Source: Planctomycetota bacterium (GTDB lineage: Bacteria > Planctomycetota > PLA2 > JAEUHO01). From it: a stretch of DNA of 64,000 bases. The position numbers were made by a program, and so were the translations under genes. Shown here one piece after another: positions 1 to 8,329 of this stretch. The notes beneath the pieces were generated by a model. That model was not told where the DNA came from, did not search any database, and saw only the letters and a list, made by a program, of their open reading frames with translations. Position 1 is the stretch's first letter. Every line of letters starts with the position of its first letter. The stretch spans positions 1-64,000 of the forward strand of contig CBDCWP010000024.1 of assembly GCA_965223505.1 (NCBI GenBank). Direction: 5' to 3'.

Positions 1-2
1 AC

Positions 3-224
3 GTCGCCGCCTCCTCGACGCCGCCGGACGAGACCGTCGCCTTCGAAGAGGAGCTCCAGCACGTCCTCGGGCGACTCGAACCGGAAGAGCGGCGAATGCT
101 CGAGCTTCGGCTCGAAGGGAAGACGCAGGAGGCGATCGCCGACGAGATGAGTTGCAGCGAACGAACCGTGCGGCGACTTCTACACAACCTGAGCGTCAAG
201 CTGGAGAGCTGGTTCGGCGCGTAG
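3..224 (+). CDS. ECF-type RNA polymerase sigma factor, C-terminal region 4 (5'-partial)
   Basis: Not in the ORF track. Manual translation gives ...PPDETVAFEEELQHVLGRLEPEERRMLELRLEGKTQEAIADEMSCSERTVRRLL...FGA*, a sigma-70 region-4 HTH pattern typical of planctomycete ECFs. TAG at 222-224. Confidence 0.8.
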   Translation, partial: VAASSTPPDETVAFEEELQHVLGRLEPEERRMLELRLEGKTQEAIADEMSCSERTVRRLLHNLSVKLESWFGA

Positions 225-232
225 CGTCGAAC

Positions 233-1411
233 TCAACGCTTCGGGGTCACCGGCACCGAGCGCGACTTGCGCTCCCGCGGCATCTCCCCGCGCGTGGGGG
301 TGTAGGTCGCTCGCGAGAGGAACAACAGTCCGAGCGCCGTCTCGTAGTCGACGGTGATGCGCTCCTCGAACTCCTTGATGATCTCCTCGCGCGGTCCGTG
401 TTGCGCGGGCCACTCGCCGTCCTTGCCCTGGTTCTCGACGAGAAACCGCGCGCCGGCGACGTACCACCCGTTGTCCTTCAGCGCGAGGACGGTGCCGACC
501 CGCTCCGCCGAGTACAGCCAGTAGAAGCCGAACGGAAACAGCGTGTCTTTCGCAGCGGGCGCACCGAGCCGCGGCAAGGTCTTCAGCGCCCTTTGAACCG
601 CGGGATGAGCGCGCGCCCGCTTCAATGCCTGGGGAGCGGGCTGCATCGCGGCTTGGATGTACACGAGCGACACGGCGCCGGCGGCGGTCATCGCAGGCGA
701 TGTATCGTGCCAGGTGCGTCGGTACTTCCACCCGCCGTTCTTCTCCTGCGTCGAGATGTAGTGTTTGCGCGCGCGCTTCCACGTGCTCTTGGGCACCTCG
801 TAGCCGGCGATGGAATACGCGGCCCAGAGCGCCAAGATGGAAAACTGCGTATTGGAATTGTCCGGCAGGCTCGTGACGCCCGGCGGCAGCTTCTGTTCGT
901 GCTTGGCGCTCGTTCGCCCCGGACCGACCCCGTAGCCCCACATCCCGTTGTCGCGCTGACCGGAGACGACGGCGTCGGCCAACACGTGAATGAGCAGCTT
1001 GTGTGCTTTGGCGTCGATGCGGGTGAGCGCGAGGATCGCGAAGGACGCGGCGTAGTTGGTCGGTCCCGGCCCCTTGCGATAGGCGTGGGTGTTGGCCTTC
1101 ATCCACGAGAGCCCCTTCCGGATGGCGGCGTCGTCGGAAGGCACGCCGGACGCGCTGAGCGCGTAGAGGGCGAGCGCGGTCAAGCCGGCGCGTTGGTTCA
1201 GCGCGTAGGGCGAGATCTTGTCGTTTGGCCCGGCTTGGTTGACGAACTGCCAGTAGCCGTCCTGCTTCTGTGTGCGGCGCAGATAGCCGACGGCGCGATC
1301 GATGGCCTTGTCGATGCGCATCTGCAGCGCGGCGGGCGCGACGCGCGCGGGACGATCGTCACCGGCGTGGGCGAGCGATGCGAGCAGGAGGAGGACAACG
1401 AGGCGCCGCAT
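233..1411 (-). CDS. Secreted prenyltransferase/squalene-oxidase-repeat (alpha/alpha barrel) protein
   Basis: Signal peptide MRRLVVLLLLASLAHA. QW-like repeats QKQDGYW, QRDNGMW, QEKNGGW and QGKDGEW, plus DNSNTQF. Start moved to ATG 1411. Confidence 0.75.
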   Translation of the reverse strand: MRRLVVLLLLASLAHAGDDRPARVAPAALQMRIDKAIDRAVGYLRRTQKQDGYWQFVNQAGPNDKISPYALNQRAGLTALALYALSASGVPSDDAAIRKGLSWMKANTHAYRKGPGPTNYAASFAILALTRIDAKAHKLLIHVLADAVVSGQRDNGMWGYGVGPGRTSAKHEQKLPPGVTSLPDNSNTQFSILALWAAYSIAGYEVPKSTWKRARKHYISTQEKNGGWKYRRTWHDTSPAMTAAGAVSLVYIQAAMQPAPQALKRARAHPAVQRALKTLPRLGAPAAKDTLFPFGFYWLYSAERVGTVLALKDNGWYVAGARFLVENQGKDGEWPAQHGPREEIIKEFEERITVDYETALGLLFLSRATYTPTRGEMPRERKSRSVPVTPKR

Positions 1412-1539
1412 TGCTCTAGAAACGCCTCGTGGAGGCCGATGGCGCCCCTCGATTCGAAGATCGATGATGGCACGCCAACCATTGTTCGGGAACCCCGACT
1501 TTACTAGCATCACCACCCATTGGCGTGATGGAGGGGACT

Positions 1540-3738
1540 GTGAGAGCGTTCTATGTGGCATTGCAGGTGTTCGTGCTCGTGTCGGCCTACGTGGGCTGTA
1601 CCGGCCCGATCCTGACGAGCACGTCGTCGGTGTTCAGCACCGAGGGCATCCCGTACTCGCTTCCGAAGACCGTGGTCGAGGCGACGATCACCATCGCCCT
1701 CGCGCCGGATGGCGGCGGCAGTGGGAAGAGTGCGAGCGGAAAGAACAAGACCGATGAGCCTCAGAAATCACCCGCAAGGCCGCCCGCGACGACGGCGGCC
1801 GCAAGCGGCGCGCTGCCTGCTCCGGCCGTGACGAATCCGAACGCGAGCGTCTCCACCATGGGTGGCGGCGACGACGAGGAAGAGGAAGCGTCTCTCGACG
1901 ACGGCAACGACGCCGAACAAAAGACCCCCAACAAAGAGCTCGAGGTGGAAGAGGAATCCCTCGAAGAGGGAACGAACAAGCCGCTCGAGGAGATGCTCGG
2001 CAACGGCACCGAGAGCCCCAAGCTGCCGGATGTATCGGTCACCTTGCGGCTCAAGACCATCACGGTCGCCGACCCCGAGGAACGCTACGTCGTCAAATAC
2101 AACACGGACCCCCATCAGTCGGACGATCTGGACGTCGCCATGTCGAGTATCGGCTTGCTGAAGACCGTGAAGGCCCACAGCAAAGACGAGCTCTTGAACG
2201 CACTCTTGGAAGGGGCGCAGGAGGCCGCGAAGGCGACTGCGCTGTTCCTCGCGAATCAGGCGGGCGGCGGCGCCGTCACGGCGATGACGGGAGACCGCGC
2301 GAAGAAGATTCGCGACGCGAAGCGTCGACTCATGTCCGTCCTGGGTACGCACGTGGTTCACTGGGACCTACCGCGTGATCCCAAGCATCTCGTCGGTAAG
2401 GCCTATCGGCCGTTTCCGGCCGACCCTTCCTGGGTCCTGCACCTCAGCGCAGTCCCCGTAGCACGTTGCAAGGCACCCGTCGGAGGCTGCGCTTGCGTCC
2501 CGAGTGGCCGGCGGGGGCGGAACGTGCGCGCCGGCGGCGTGTATGTCAAGGCAACCGATCCGTACGTCCTGCATGCGCGTTTTGCCTGGAAGCCCTACGA
2601 CGATCTCAAGGGCGCCGCCCTGATGCCGACCATCGACGAGATTCAGGACGCACCGGAGAAGTTCAACCAGACGTCGACGGAGGCGCTCGTACATCTCCCG
2701 GACTACAGCCCGCGTTTCATGATTCCGCTGGATCGGGTCCGCTTCGTCGAAACGAAACACGACCTGACGTTCGACGCGAACGGACGTTTGACGCGGGTGA
2801 CGGCAACTCGTCCGTCCGAATTCAAGGCGGTCGCGAAGAAGCCGTTCGAGATCGCCAAGGAGATCGTCTCGATCCCGGCGCAGATCCTGCAGTTCCGCAT
2901 CAACTACACGACCGGCGAAGCCAAGCTGAAGGAGCAGCAGGACAAGCTCGACGACACGGCGAAGAACCAGGAGAAGCAGGCCACCGCGGCGAACGACCTG
3001 GGCGCGGCCAAGACGGCGCGCGCAGCATTCGACAACGCGACGACCCCGAACGAGCGACACACCAAGTGGGTCGCGTTCGTGAACGCCGCGACGAAGGCCA
3101 ACACGTCGGCGACGCTCGCGGGACTGCCGCAGCCTTACTCCGACGACGACCTCGTCGAGCCGGATCGCGACAGCCAGGTCGCACTCGAGCAAGCGGCGGA
3201 GGCCGCGCGGCGCGACGCCATCAACGCGCGCGCGATCTACGACAGTCTGTCGGGACTGCGGGGGCCGAACGCAAGCGAGCAACGAAGGCAGGCCTGGGCC
3301 AACTTCGTGACGTACGCCAACGCAGCGAACCGTGCGGCGCTCCTCGCGCAGCGGAACACGCCGTTCGCGGCCAACGCGCTCATCGAGCCCGGGCGCGCTG
3401 AAGCAGACAAGCTGCGGTTGGACGCCGAGAACGCGACCGCCGAGGCGCACGGCAAGAAGGACCTGTGGACCCTGTCCAAGGGCGAGGTCGCGCGTGCCAA
3501 GCGGGCGGTCGACGAGGCGAGGGCCGCCGTAATCGCCGCGCCCGACGAGGCGGCGAAGAAGGTCGCCGAAGCCGGTCTCAAGAGCGCCGAGAGCCTCCTC
3601 GCGACGAAGCAAAGCAAGGCATCGAGTGATTGGATCGCGTACGTGACCGCCGCGCGAAAGGCGAACGCGGCGGCCAAGATGGCGCAGATGGCCGCTCCGT
3701 TCGGCGCGGGTTTCGACGCGGGTCCCGCGTACGACTGA
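1540..3738 (+). CDS. Hypothetical lipoprotein (DUF4831-like 'PYSLPKT' N-terminus, acidic linker, C-terminal helical repeats)
   Basis: GTG 1540 preceded by GGAGGGG. Lipobox-like AYVGC, then GIPYSLPKTVV. Three 24-aa W..[FY]V..A..AN...P[YF] repeats near the C-terminus. Confidence 0.65.
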   Translation: MRAFYVALQVFVLVSAYVGCTGPILTSTSSVFSTEGIPYSLPKTVVEATITIALAPDGGGSGKSASGKNKTDEPQKSPARPPATTAAASGALPAPAVTNPNASVSTMGGGDDEEEEASLDDGNDAEQKTPNKELEVEEESLEEGTNKPLEEMLGNGTESPKLPDVSVTLRLKTITVADPEERYVVKYNTDPHQSDDLDVAMSSIGLLKTVKAHSKDELLNALLEGAQEAAKATALFLANQAGGGAVTAMTGDRAKKIRDAKRRLMSVLGTHVVHWDLPRDPKHLVGKAYRPFPADPSWVLHLSAVPVARCKAPVGGCACVPSGRRGRNVRAGGVYVKATDPYVLHARFAWKPYDDLKGAALMPTIDEIQDAPEKFNQTSTEALVHLPDYSPRFMIPLDRVRFVETKHDLTFDANGRLTRVTATRPSEFKAVAKKPFEIAKEIVSIPAQILQFRINYTTGEAKLKEQQDKLDDTAKNQEKQATAANDLGAAKTARAAFDNATTPNERHTKWVAFVNAATKANTSATLAGLPQPYSDDDLVEPDRDSQVALEQAAEAARRDAINARAIYDSLSGLRGPNASEQRRQAWANFVTYANAANRAALLAQRNTPFAANALIEPGRAEADKLRLDAENATAEAHGKKDLWTLSKGEVARAKRAVDEARAAVIAAPDEAAKKVAEAGLKSAESLLATKQSKASSDWIAYVTAARKANAAAKMAQMAAPFGAGFDAGPAYD

Positions 3739-3758
3739 CCACCGCCCCGAGGAGACGA

Positions 3759-5051
3759 ATGCCCAGACGGCTGGTCCTGGCGCGGACGCACGAGCTGCTG
3801 CGCAAGGCTTCGAGGAACCGAAAGTACTTTGGCAAGGCGCTCTTGCAGCTCGAGGCGGACCTGCGCGTGCCCGGCATGGCGCTGGACGAGAAGCGCCGCC
3901 CGGTTCGACACGTCACGAAGCGCAGGCTCAAGCGGGGCTCGAAGAGCAATGCGCGCTACCGCGCTCCGCGCGAGGAGACGTACTGCACGGTTGCCCACTT
4001 TCGGGACGAGGAGGCGATCGCTCGATTCCGTCACGACAAGGCTGACCGAGCACGAGGCGACTTCGCCGACCCGAAGATTCGCATGGTGGCTGTTCCGGGT
4101 GGGAGCAAGGTCTTCGGGAGCGAAAGCGACGTTAGGAAACTGCTTGGGTTCGACGCCCTGCAGAAGGCGAAGTGCACTGGCCACAACGTGCGCGTGGCGG
4201 TCATGGACGCGGGTGTCGACGCGACCAAGATCTCCGTGGCGAGTCGATGGTCGGGCGCACCCGCGAAGTCGCATTGGCACGGGACCATGGTGGCGTACGA
4301 CGCCAAGATCATGGCGCCGAGCGCACGGATCTTCGACTACCCGATCCTGCAAAACCAGGCGACGTTGCGTGCGTTCGCGTCCGACGCCGTGCGCGCGTTC
4401 ACGCGCTTGCTAGAATTGGTACGAGCCGACGATCGGCCGCTTGTCGTCGTCAACAGCTGGGGACTCACGAACCTGACCGGCGACGATCCGATCGGCGCGC
4501 CGGGCAACTACTCGGCGAACCGCAACCACCCGTTGAATCGCGTCGTTGCCGATCTCGTTCGCGCAGGCGCTGACGTGCTGTTCGCCGCCGGGAACTGCGG
4601 AACGTCCACGCCATACCCCGGCTGCGGAGCGCAGTCAGGGCCTGCCAAGAGCATTCATGGAGCGGGATCGCTCCCGTCAGTCACCTGCGTCGGCGCGGTG
4701 ACGTACCAAGACCGGCGACTCTCCTACTCGGCGCAGGGACCGGGTTTCATGGAGTACCTGAAGCCCGATCTCTGTGCCCCCAGCCACTTCAAGGGGAGCG
4801 GTGTGAAGGTATCCGACCAGGGCACGTCGGCCGCGTGTCCGGTCGCCGCGGGTGTCGTCGCGGCACTGCGCACCAAGTTCTCCCGAAAGGCCGTTTCGCC
4901 GTTCCAAATGAAGGCGTTGCTGCTGCGAACGGCCAGAAACCTCGGTAAGGCGGGCTGGGACGCCGGTAGCGGCTACGGCCGCATCGACGCGGCAAGGGCG
5001 TTGGCGGCGGCCCAGTCTCCCGGCGGCGGCGCGACGACAGCTCAGCTGTAG
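3759..5051 (+). CDS. Subtilisin-like serine peptidase (S8)
   Basis: Catalytic triad motifs VAVMDAG, HGT and GTSAACP, oxyanion motif AAGN, and C-terminal GYGRIDA. GAGGAG RBS before ATG 3759. Confidence 0.88.
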   Translation: MPRRLVLARTHELLRKASRNRKYFGKALLQLEADLRVPGMALDEKRRPVRHVTKRRLKRGSKSNARYRAPREETYCTVAHFRDEEAIARFRHDKADRARGDFADPKIRMVAVPGGSKVFGSESDVRKLLGFDALQKAKCTGHNVRVAVMDAGVDATKISVASRWSGAPAKSHWHGTMVAYDAKIMAPSARIFDYPILQNQATLRAFASDAVRAFTRLLELVRADDRPLVVVNSWGLTNLTGDDPIGAPGNYSANRNHPLNRVVADLVRAGADVLFAAGNCGTSTPYPGCGAQSGPAKSIHGAGSLPSVTCVGAVTYQDRRLSYSAQGPGFMEYLKPDLCAPSHFKGSGVKVSDQGTSAACPVAAGVVAALRTKFSRKAVSPFQMKALLLRTARNLGKAGWDAGSGYGRIDAARALAAAQSPGGGATTAQL

Positions 5052-5055
5052 AACG

Positions 5056-6309
5056 CTACCGCGGCGTGACCGCCGCTTGGGGTGACTTCGCCGGCGGCTT
5101 CGGCATGAGCTTCGGCCACGTGCGGTCCAAGAGCAGGATCAGCACGTGCATCGAGCTCACATAGGCGTCCGTTCGGTTCGCGAAGAACCCCGCGTTGCCG
5201 CTCCCGAGCCCCTTCGAGTCGTTCGTCGATCCGAATGCCTTGTTCTGGCAAATGCACTCGAACGAACCGTTCTTCCGTTGGCCGTCCACGAGGCGCCGGA
5301 AGAAGGTCTCCTTGAACGCGCCCCACGCCTTCGGACCGCGCAGCCGCTGCAGCAACGCCGCCAACATCAGGTTGAACGTCGAAGAGCCGTGGCCCTCGGA
5401 GAGGTACTCGATGTGCTCGTCTACGAACTCGAGCGCGCGAGACATGCCGATCTCCTCCCAGTCGACCTCGAGGAGATGCATGGCCAACACGGCTCCCGCC
5501 GCGCGACTGACGCCGGTCATGTCCATGTGCGCGGATCTCTGACTCGGGTCGTACGGGAAGTTGCCGTTCGAGTGCTCCGCATACTCGTAGTACGCCAACG
5601 CGCGGTCGAAGAGGTCCTCCTTCTCCGGCGGCGCGATCGGCTTCACCAGGGCCAGGCTCGCCGTCACGAGATTCGAGCTGGCGAGCAAGGTGTCCGGATA
5701 CCCGCCATAGCCGTCCATCTCGCTCGTTCCGCGCGGCTTGCCCTTCTCGCGCGTCTGGGCGTGGCCCCAACCGCCGTTGGGCGCCTGCGCGGCCGCGAGC
5801 ACGTGCACGATCGACCGCAACGTCTTCGCCGCGCTTGCCTTGTGCCGGCCGCGCGCGTGCAACTCGCCGTAGAAGAGCGCCGACATCCCGAGCGGCCACG
5901 TGTACTGCATCACGTGCTCGCTGTTGAATCCGTCCGACGTCGGAGGCAGCTGGCGTGGATCGGCCGTGCGCTTGGCCACCTCGGCGACGTAGCCGTCGAG
6001 GTACTTGCGCGCCTTCTCGACGAAGCGGTATTTGCTGCGAGCCGTCTTGCTGCGCGCGTCGCCGGCCAGCAGCCCGACCAGCCCGGTCACCGCGACCGTG
6101 AACTGCTTGCGCGGCGTACCCGCGGCGTCGTGCATCGCGAACACCGTCTTGTCGAGGTACGCGAGCCCGCGCTCGATCGCTTCGTCCCGCTCTTCGAGGG
6201 TGACGGGCTTCGAGGCGCGGACGTCGGGCTTCTTCTCCTCGGCGCGGACGACCCCGCCGCCGAGCGACACGAGCGACACGATCAGAACCGCCGGTGCGAA
6301 CGCCCGCAT
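5056..6309 (-). CDS. Secreted prenyltransferase-repeat / DUF6288-like protein
   Basis: Signal peptide MRAFAPAVLIVSLVSLGGGVVRA. Repeats QAPNGGWGH, EHSNGNFPY and QRKNGSF. AGGAGG RBS. Confidence 0.65.
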   Translation of the reverse strand: MRAFAPAVLIVSLVSLGGGVVRAEEKKPDVRASKPVTLEERDEAIERGLAYLDKTVFAMHDAAGTPRKQFTVAVTGLVGLLAGDARSKTARSKYRFVEKARKYLDGYVAEVAKRTADPRQLPPTSDGFNSEHVMQYTWPLGMSALFYGELHARGRHKASAAKTLRSIVHVLAAAQAPNGGWGHAQTREKGKPRGTSEMDGYGGYPDTLLASSNLVTASLALVKPIAPPEKEDLFDRALAYYEYAEHSNGNFPYDPSQRSAHMDMTGVSRAAGAVLAMHLLEVDWEEIGMSRALEFVDEHIEYLSEGHGSSTFNLMLAALLQRLRGPKAWGAFKETFFRRLVDGQRKNGSFECICQNKAFGSTNDSKGLGSGNAGFFANRTDAYVSSMHVLILLLDRTWPKLMPKPPAKSPQAAVTPR

Positions 6310-6469
6310 GCACGACCTCCTAGACACCTTCTTACGTCGCCCCCTGCCTGACGTTGGCGCCGTCACCGGCAACTTTCGTCCCTTCGATTCGAAAAGCACC
6401 GCCCCAGTCGCCAACTTCCGCCCCATCCCGACGTACGCCATGGCAGAGACTGCCTGCAGGAGGAGCCCC

Positions 6470-8305
6470 ATGCGCGTCGCAACCCTTCTGATCGTCTTGT
6501 CGTCTGCGCTTGGGCCGGTGAGCTCGATCCGAACGGCCCTAGCCGGCCCGGCTGAAGCGGCGCCCGAGGCCCGCCATGTCGTCGTGAGGCGATCGAAGAG
6601 CCTCGAAGCCGCCATCAGCGCGGCCTTTGGATCGCGCGACGGCCGTTCCGAGGGCATCGCCGCGCTGGTCATCGACGTGACGCCTCACACGCGCGAACAC
6701 GCCGCGGACATCGCGGCGGCGCTTCGGAAGCTCGCCGCCGATCCCGAGCTGCCGACGACCTGGACAGTGGCGCCGTTGGGCCGTCCGTTCTCCGACCGGG
6801 CGGATGCCACGACGATCGCCCAGCGGATCCATCAGGTCGTCGCCGCGGAGACACCCGCGCACGACACGATCGGCGCCCTGCGTGCGACCGTGAAGAGCTT
6901 CAAGGGGCGCGGCGGGACGGTCATCTACCTCGCCGACTGGCGCTTCGAAGACGAACACGATCTCGAGAAGCTCCTGCGCTTGCTCGAGTCGAAGCAGCTC
7001 GGATTCGGCGTCGTGGGATCGGAGGCGGGATTCGGCCGGGCCTGGAACGACGGGGTGCTCGACATGCGCGACCGCATGCAGAACGGCGTCCTCTCGATCA
7101 AGGACGCGTCGAAGCAGAAGCGCTACGACGAGACGATCGGACGGCGACCGTTCGGCCCGTTCGACCGCAAGACACCCTGGCACGGCGGCGAGACCGCCTA
7201 CCCGCACGTCCCCTACCGCTTCGCCGACCGACTTTGGAAGACGACGTTCGACGCGGGCATGCTCGGCTTCGGAAGGAAGGACGACGGCGGGCCGAAGAAA
7301 CTCGAAGATCTGCTCGAGCGGTTGGGCCGTGATCGAGAGGTGTTCGAGTCCGCGTCGGGTCGCAAGGCCGCGCTCCCGTCCGCTTACGGCCCACACGGCT
7401 TGATGCGTGCGGCCGCCGAGCGCGGCGGTCGCTACGTCTTGTGGTCGTGGAACCCGGATCACCGCGCCTCGCTCGTCTACGACTACGCGCGCTGCGACCA
7501 GTTCGGGCCCGATCTTCGAAGCCGGTCTGCGATTCGCGCCGACGCGTCCCGCCGGCCGCTCGCACGCGCCCTGCTCAAGTCGTGGGACGCGATCGGGTCG
7601 AAGTTCAACGCGCTGGCGAGCCACACGTCGCCGCTCGACAAGAGCGGCACGCGTCCGCAGTCGATCGACCTGCTCGAGCGCTCCGCCGCGTCGCTCCCGA
7701 CGATGTGGATGGACAGGAATCAGCACAAGGAGTTCCTGCGCAAGGCGACGCACTGGCGCGACGCGGCGCGCTCCGTCGACAAGCTGCTCACCAAGGCGCT
7801 CGACAAAGCGGCCGGCAAGGAGCTCGACGCGCCCGACCGACGGTACGCCGCCGACGCGGCGCTGCTGCGCCACATCGCGAACGTGCTGCACTTCGAGCTC
7901 AACGAAGCGCTGGCGGCCGCGGCGACGATTCCGGACGACGCGTGGAAGGACGAGGAGGCGTACCCCGGCATCCGCCCCGCCGTCTGGATCCAGCGCGGCG
8001 ACGACGCCGAGAACATCCGAACCACGGACGTACACGTCTTCGACGAGGCGTTGGGCAAGGCGCTGATCGAGGCACGCAGCGAGCAGCTGCGCAAGTTCGG
8101 CGGCACGCCGTTCGGCATCCAGGTCGCTGCGAACACGGTGGAGACGTGGACCGTGAGCTACGGCAAGAAGATGAAGCCGACGCCGGGCCGGGTGCAGCCG
8201 CCGGGCCGAACGCCGAGCGAGTCGGACGGCAACACGCCGTCGCCGTCGCCGCGGCCGCCGGGCGGCGGATCCTCCGGCGGGAGTCCGAGCACGGGCGGCG
8301 GGTAG
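6470..8305 (+). CDS. Secreted hypothetical protein, possibly a degenerate vWA-like domain
   Basis: AGGAG RBS and signal peptide MRVATLLIVLSS. vWA-like strands ALVIDVT and VIYLADW. Pro/Gly/Ser-rich tail. Confidence 0.55.
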   Translation: MRVATLLIVLSSALGPVSSIRTALAGPAEAAPEARHVVVRRSKSLEAAISAAFGSRDGRSEGIAALVIDVTPHTREHAADIAAALRKLAADPELPTTWTVAPLGRPFSDRADATTIAQRIHQVVAAETPAHDTIGALRATVKSFKGRGGTVIYLADWRFEDEHDLEKLLRLLESKQLGFGVVGSEAGFGRAWNDGVLDMRDRMQNGVLSIKDASKQKRYDETIGRRPFGPFDRKTPWHGGETAYPHVPYRFADRLWKTTFDAGMLGFGRKDDGGPKKLEDLLERLGRDREVFESASGRKAALPSAYGPHGLMRAAAERGGRYVLWSWNPDHRASLVYDYARCDQFGPDLRSRSAIRADASRRPLARALLKSWDAIGSKFNALASHTSPLDKSGTRPQSIDLLERSAASLPTMWMDRNQHKEFLRKATHWRDAARSVDKLLTKALDKAAGKELDAPDRRYAADAALLRHIANVLHFELNEALAAAATIPDDAWKDEEAYPGIRPAVWIQRGDDAENIRTTDVHVFDEALGKALIEARSEQLRKFGGTPFGIQVAANTVETWTVSYGKKMKPTPGRVQPPGRTPSESDGNTPSPSPRPPGGGSSGGSPSTGGG

Positions 8306-8329
8306 CCGCGCACGTTGAACCAGGCGGGC

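Noticed and set aside
233..1411. Squalene-hopene cyclase
   Set aside because: It is too short, is secreted and has no DxDD motif; it shares only the QW-like repeats.
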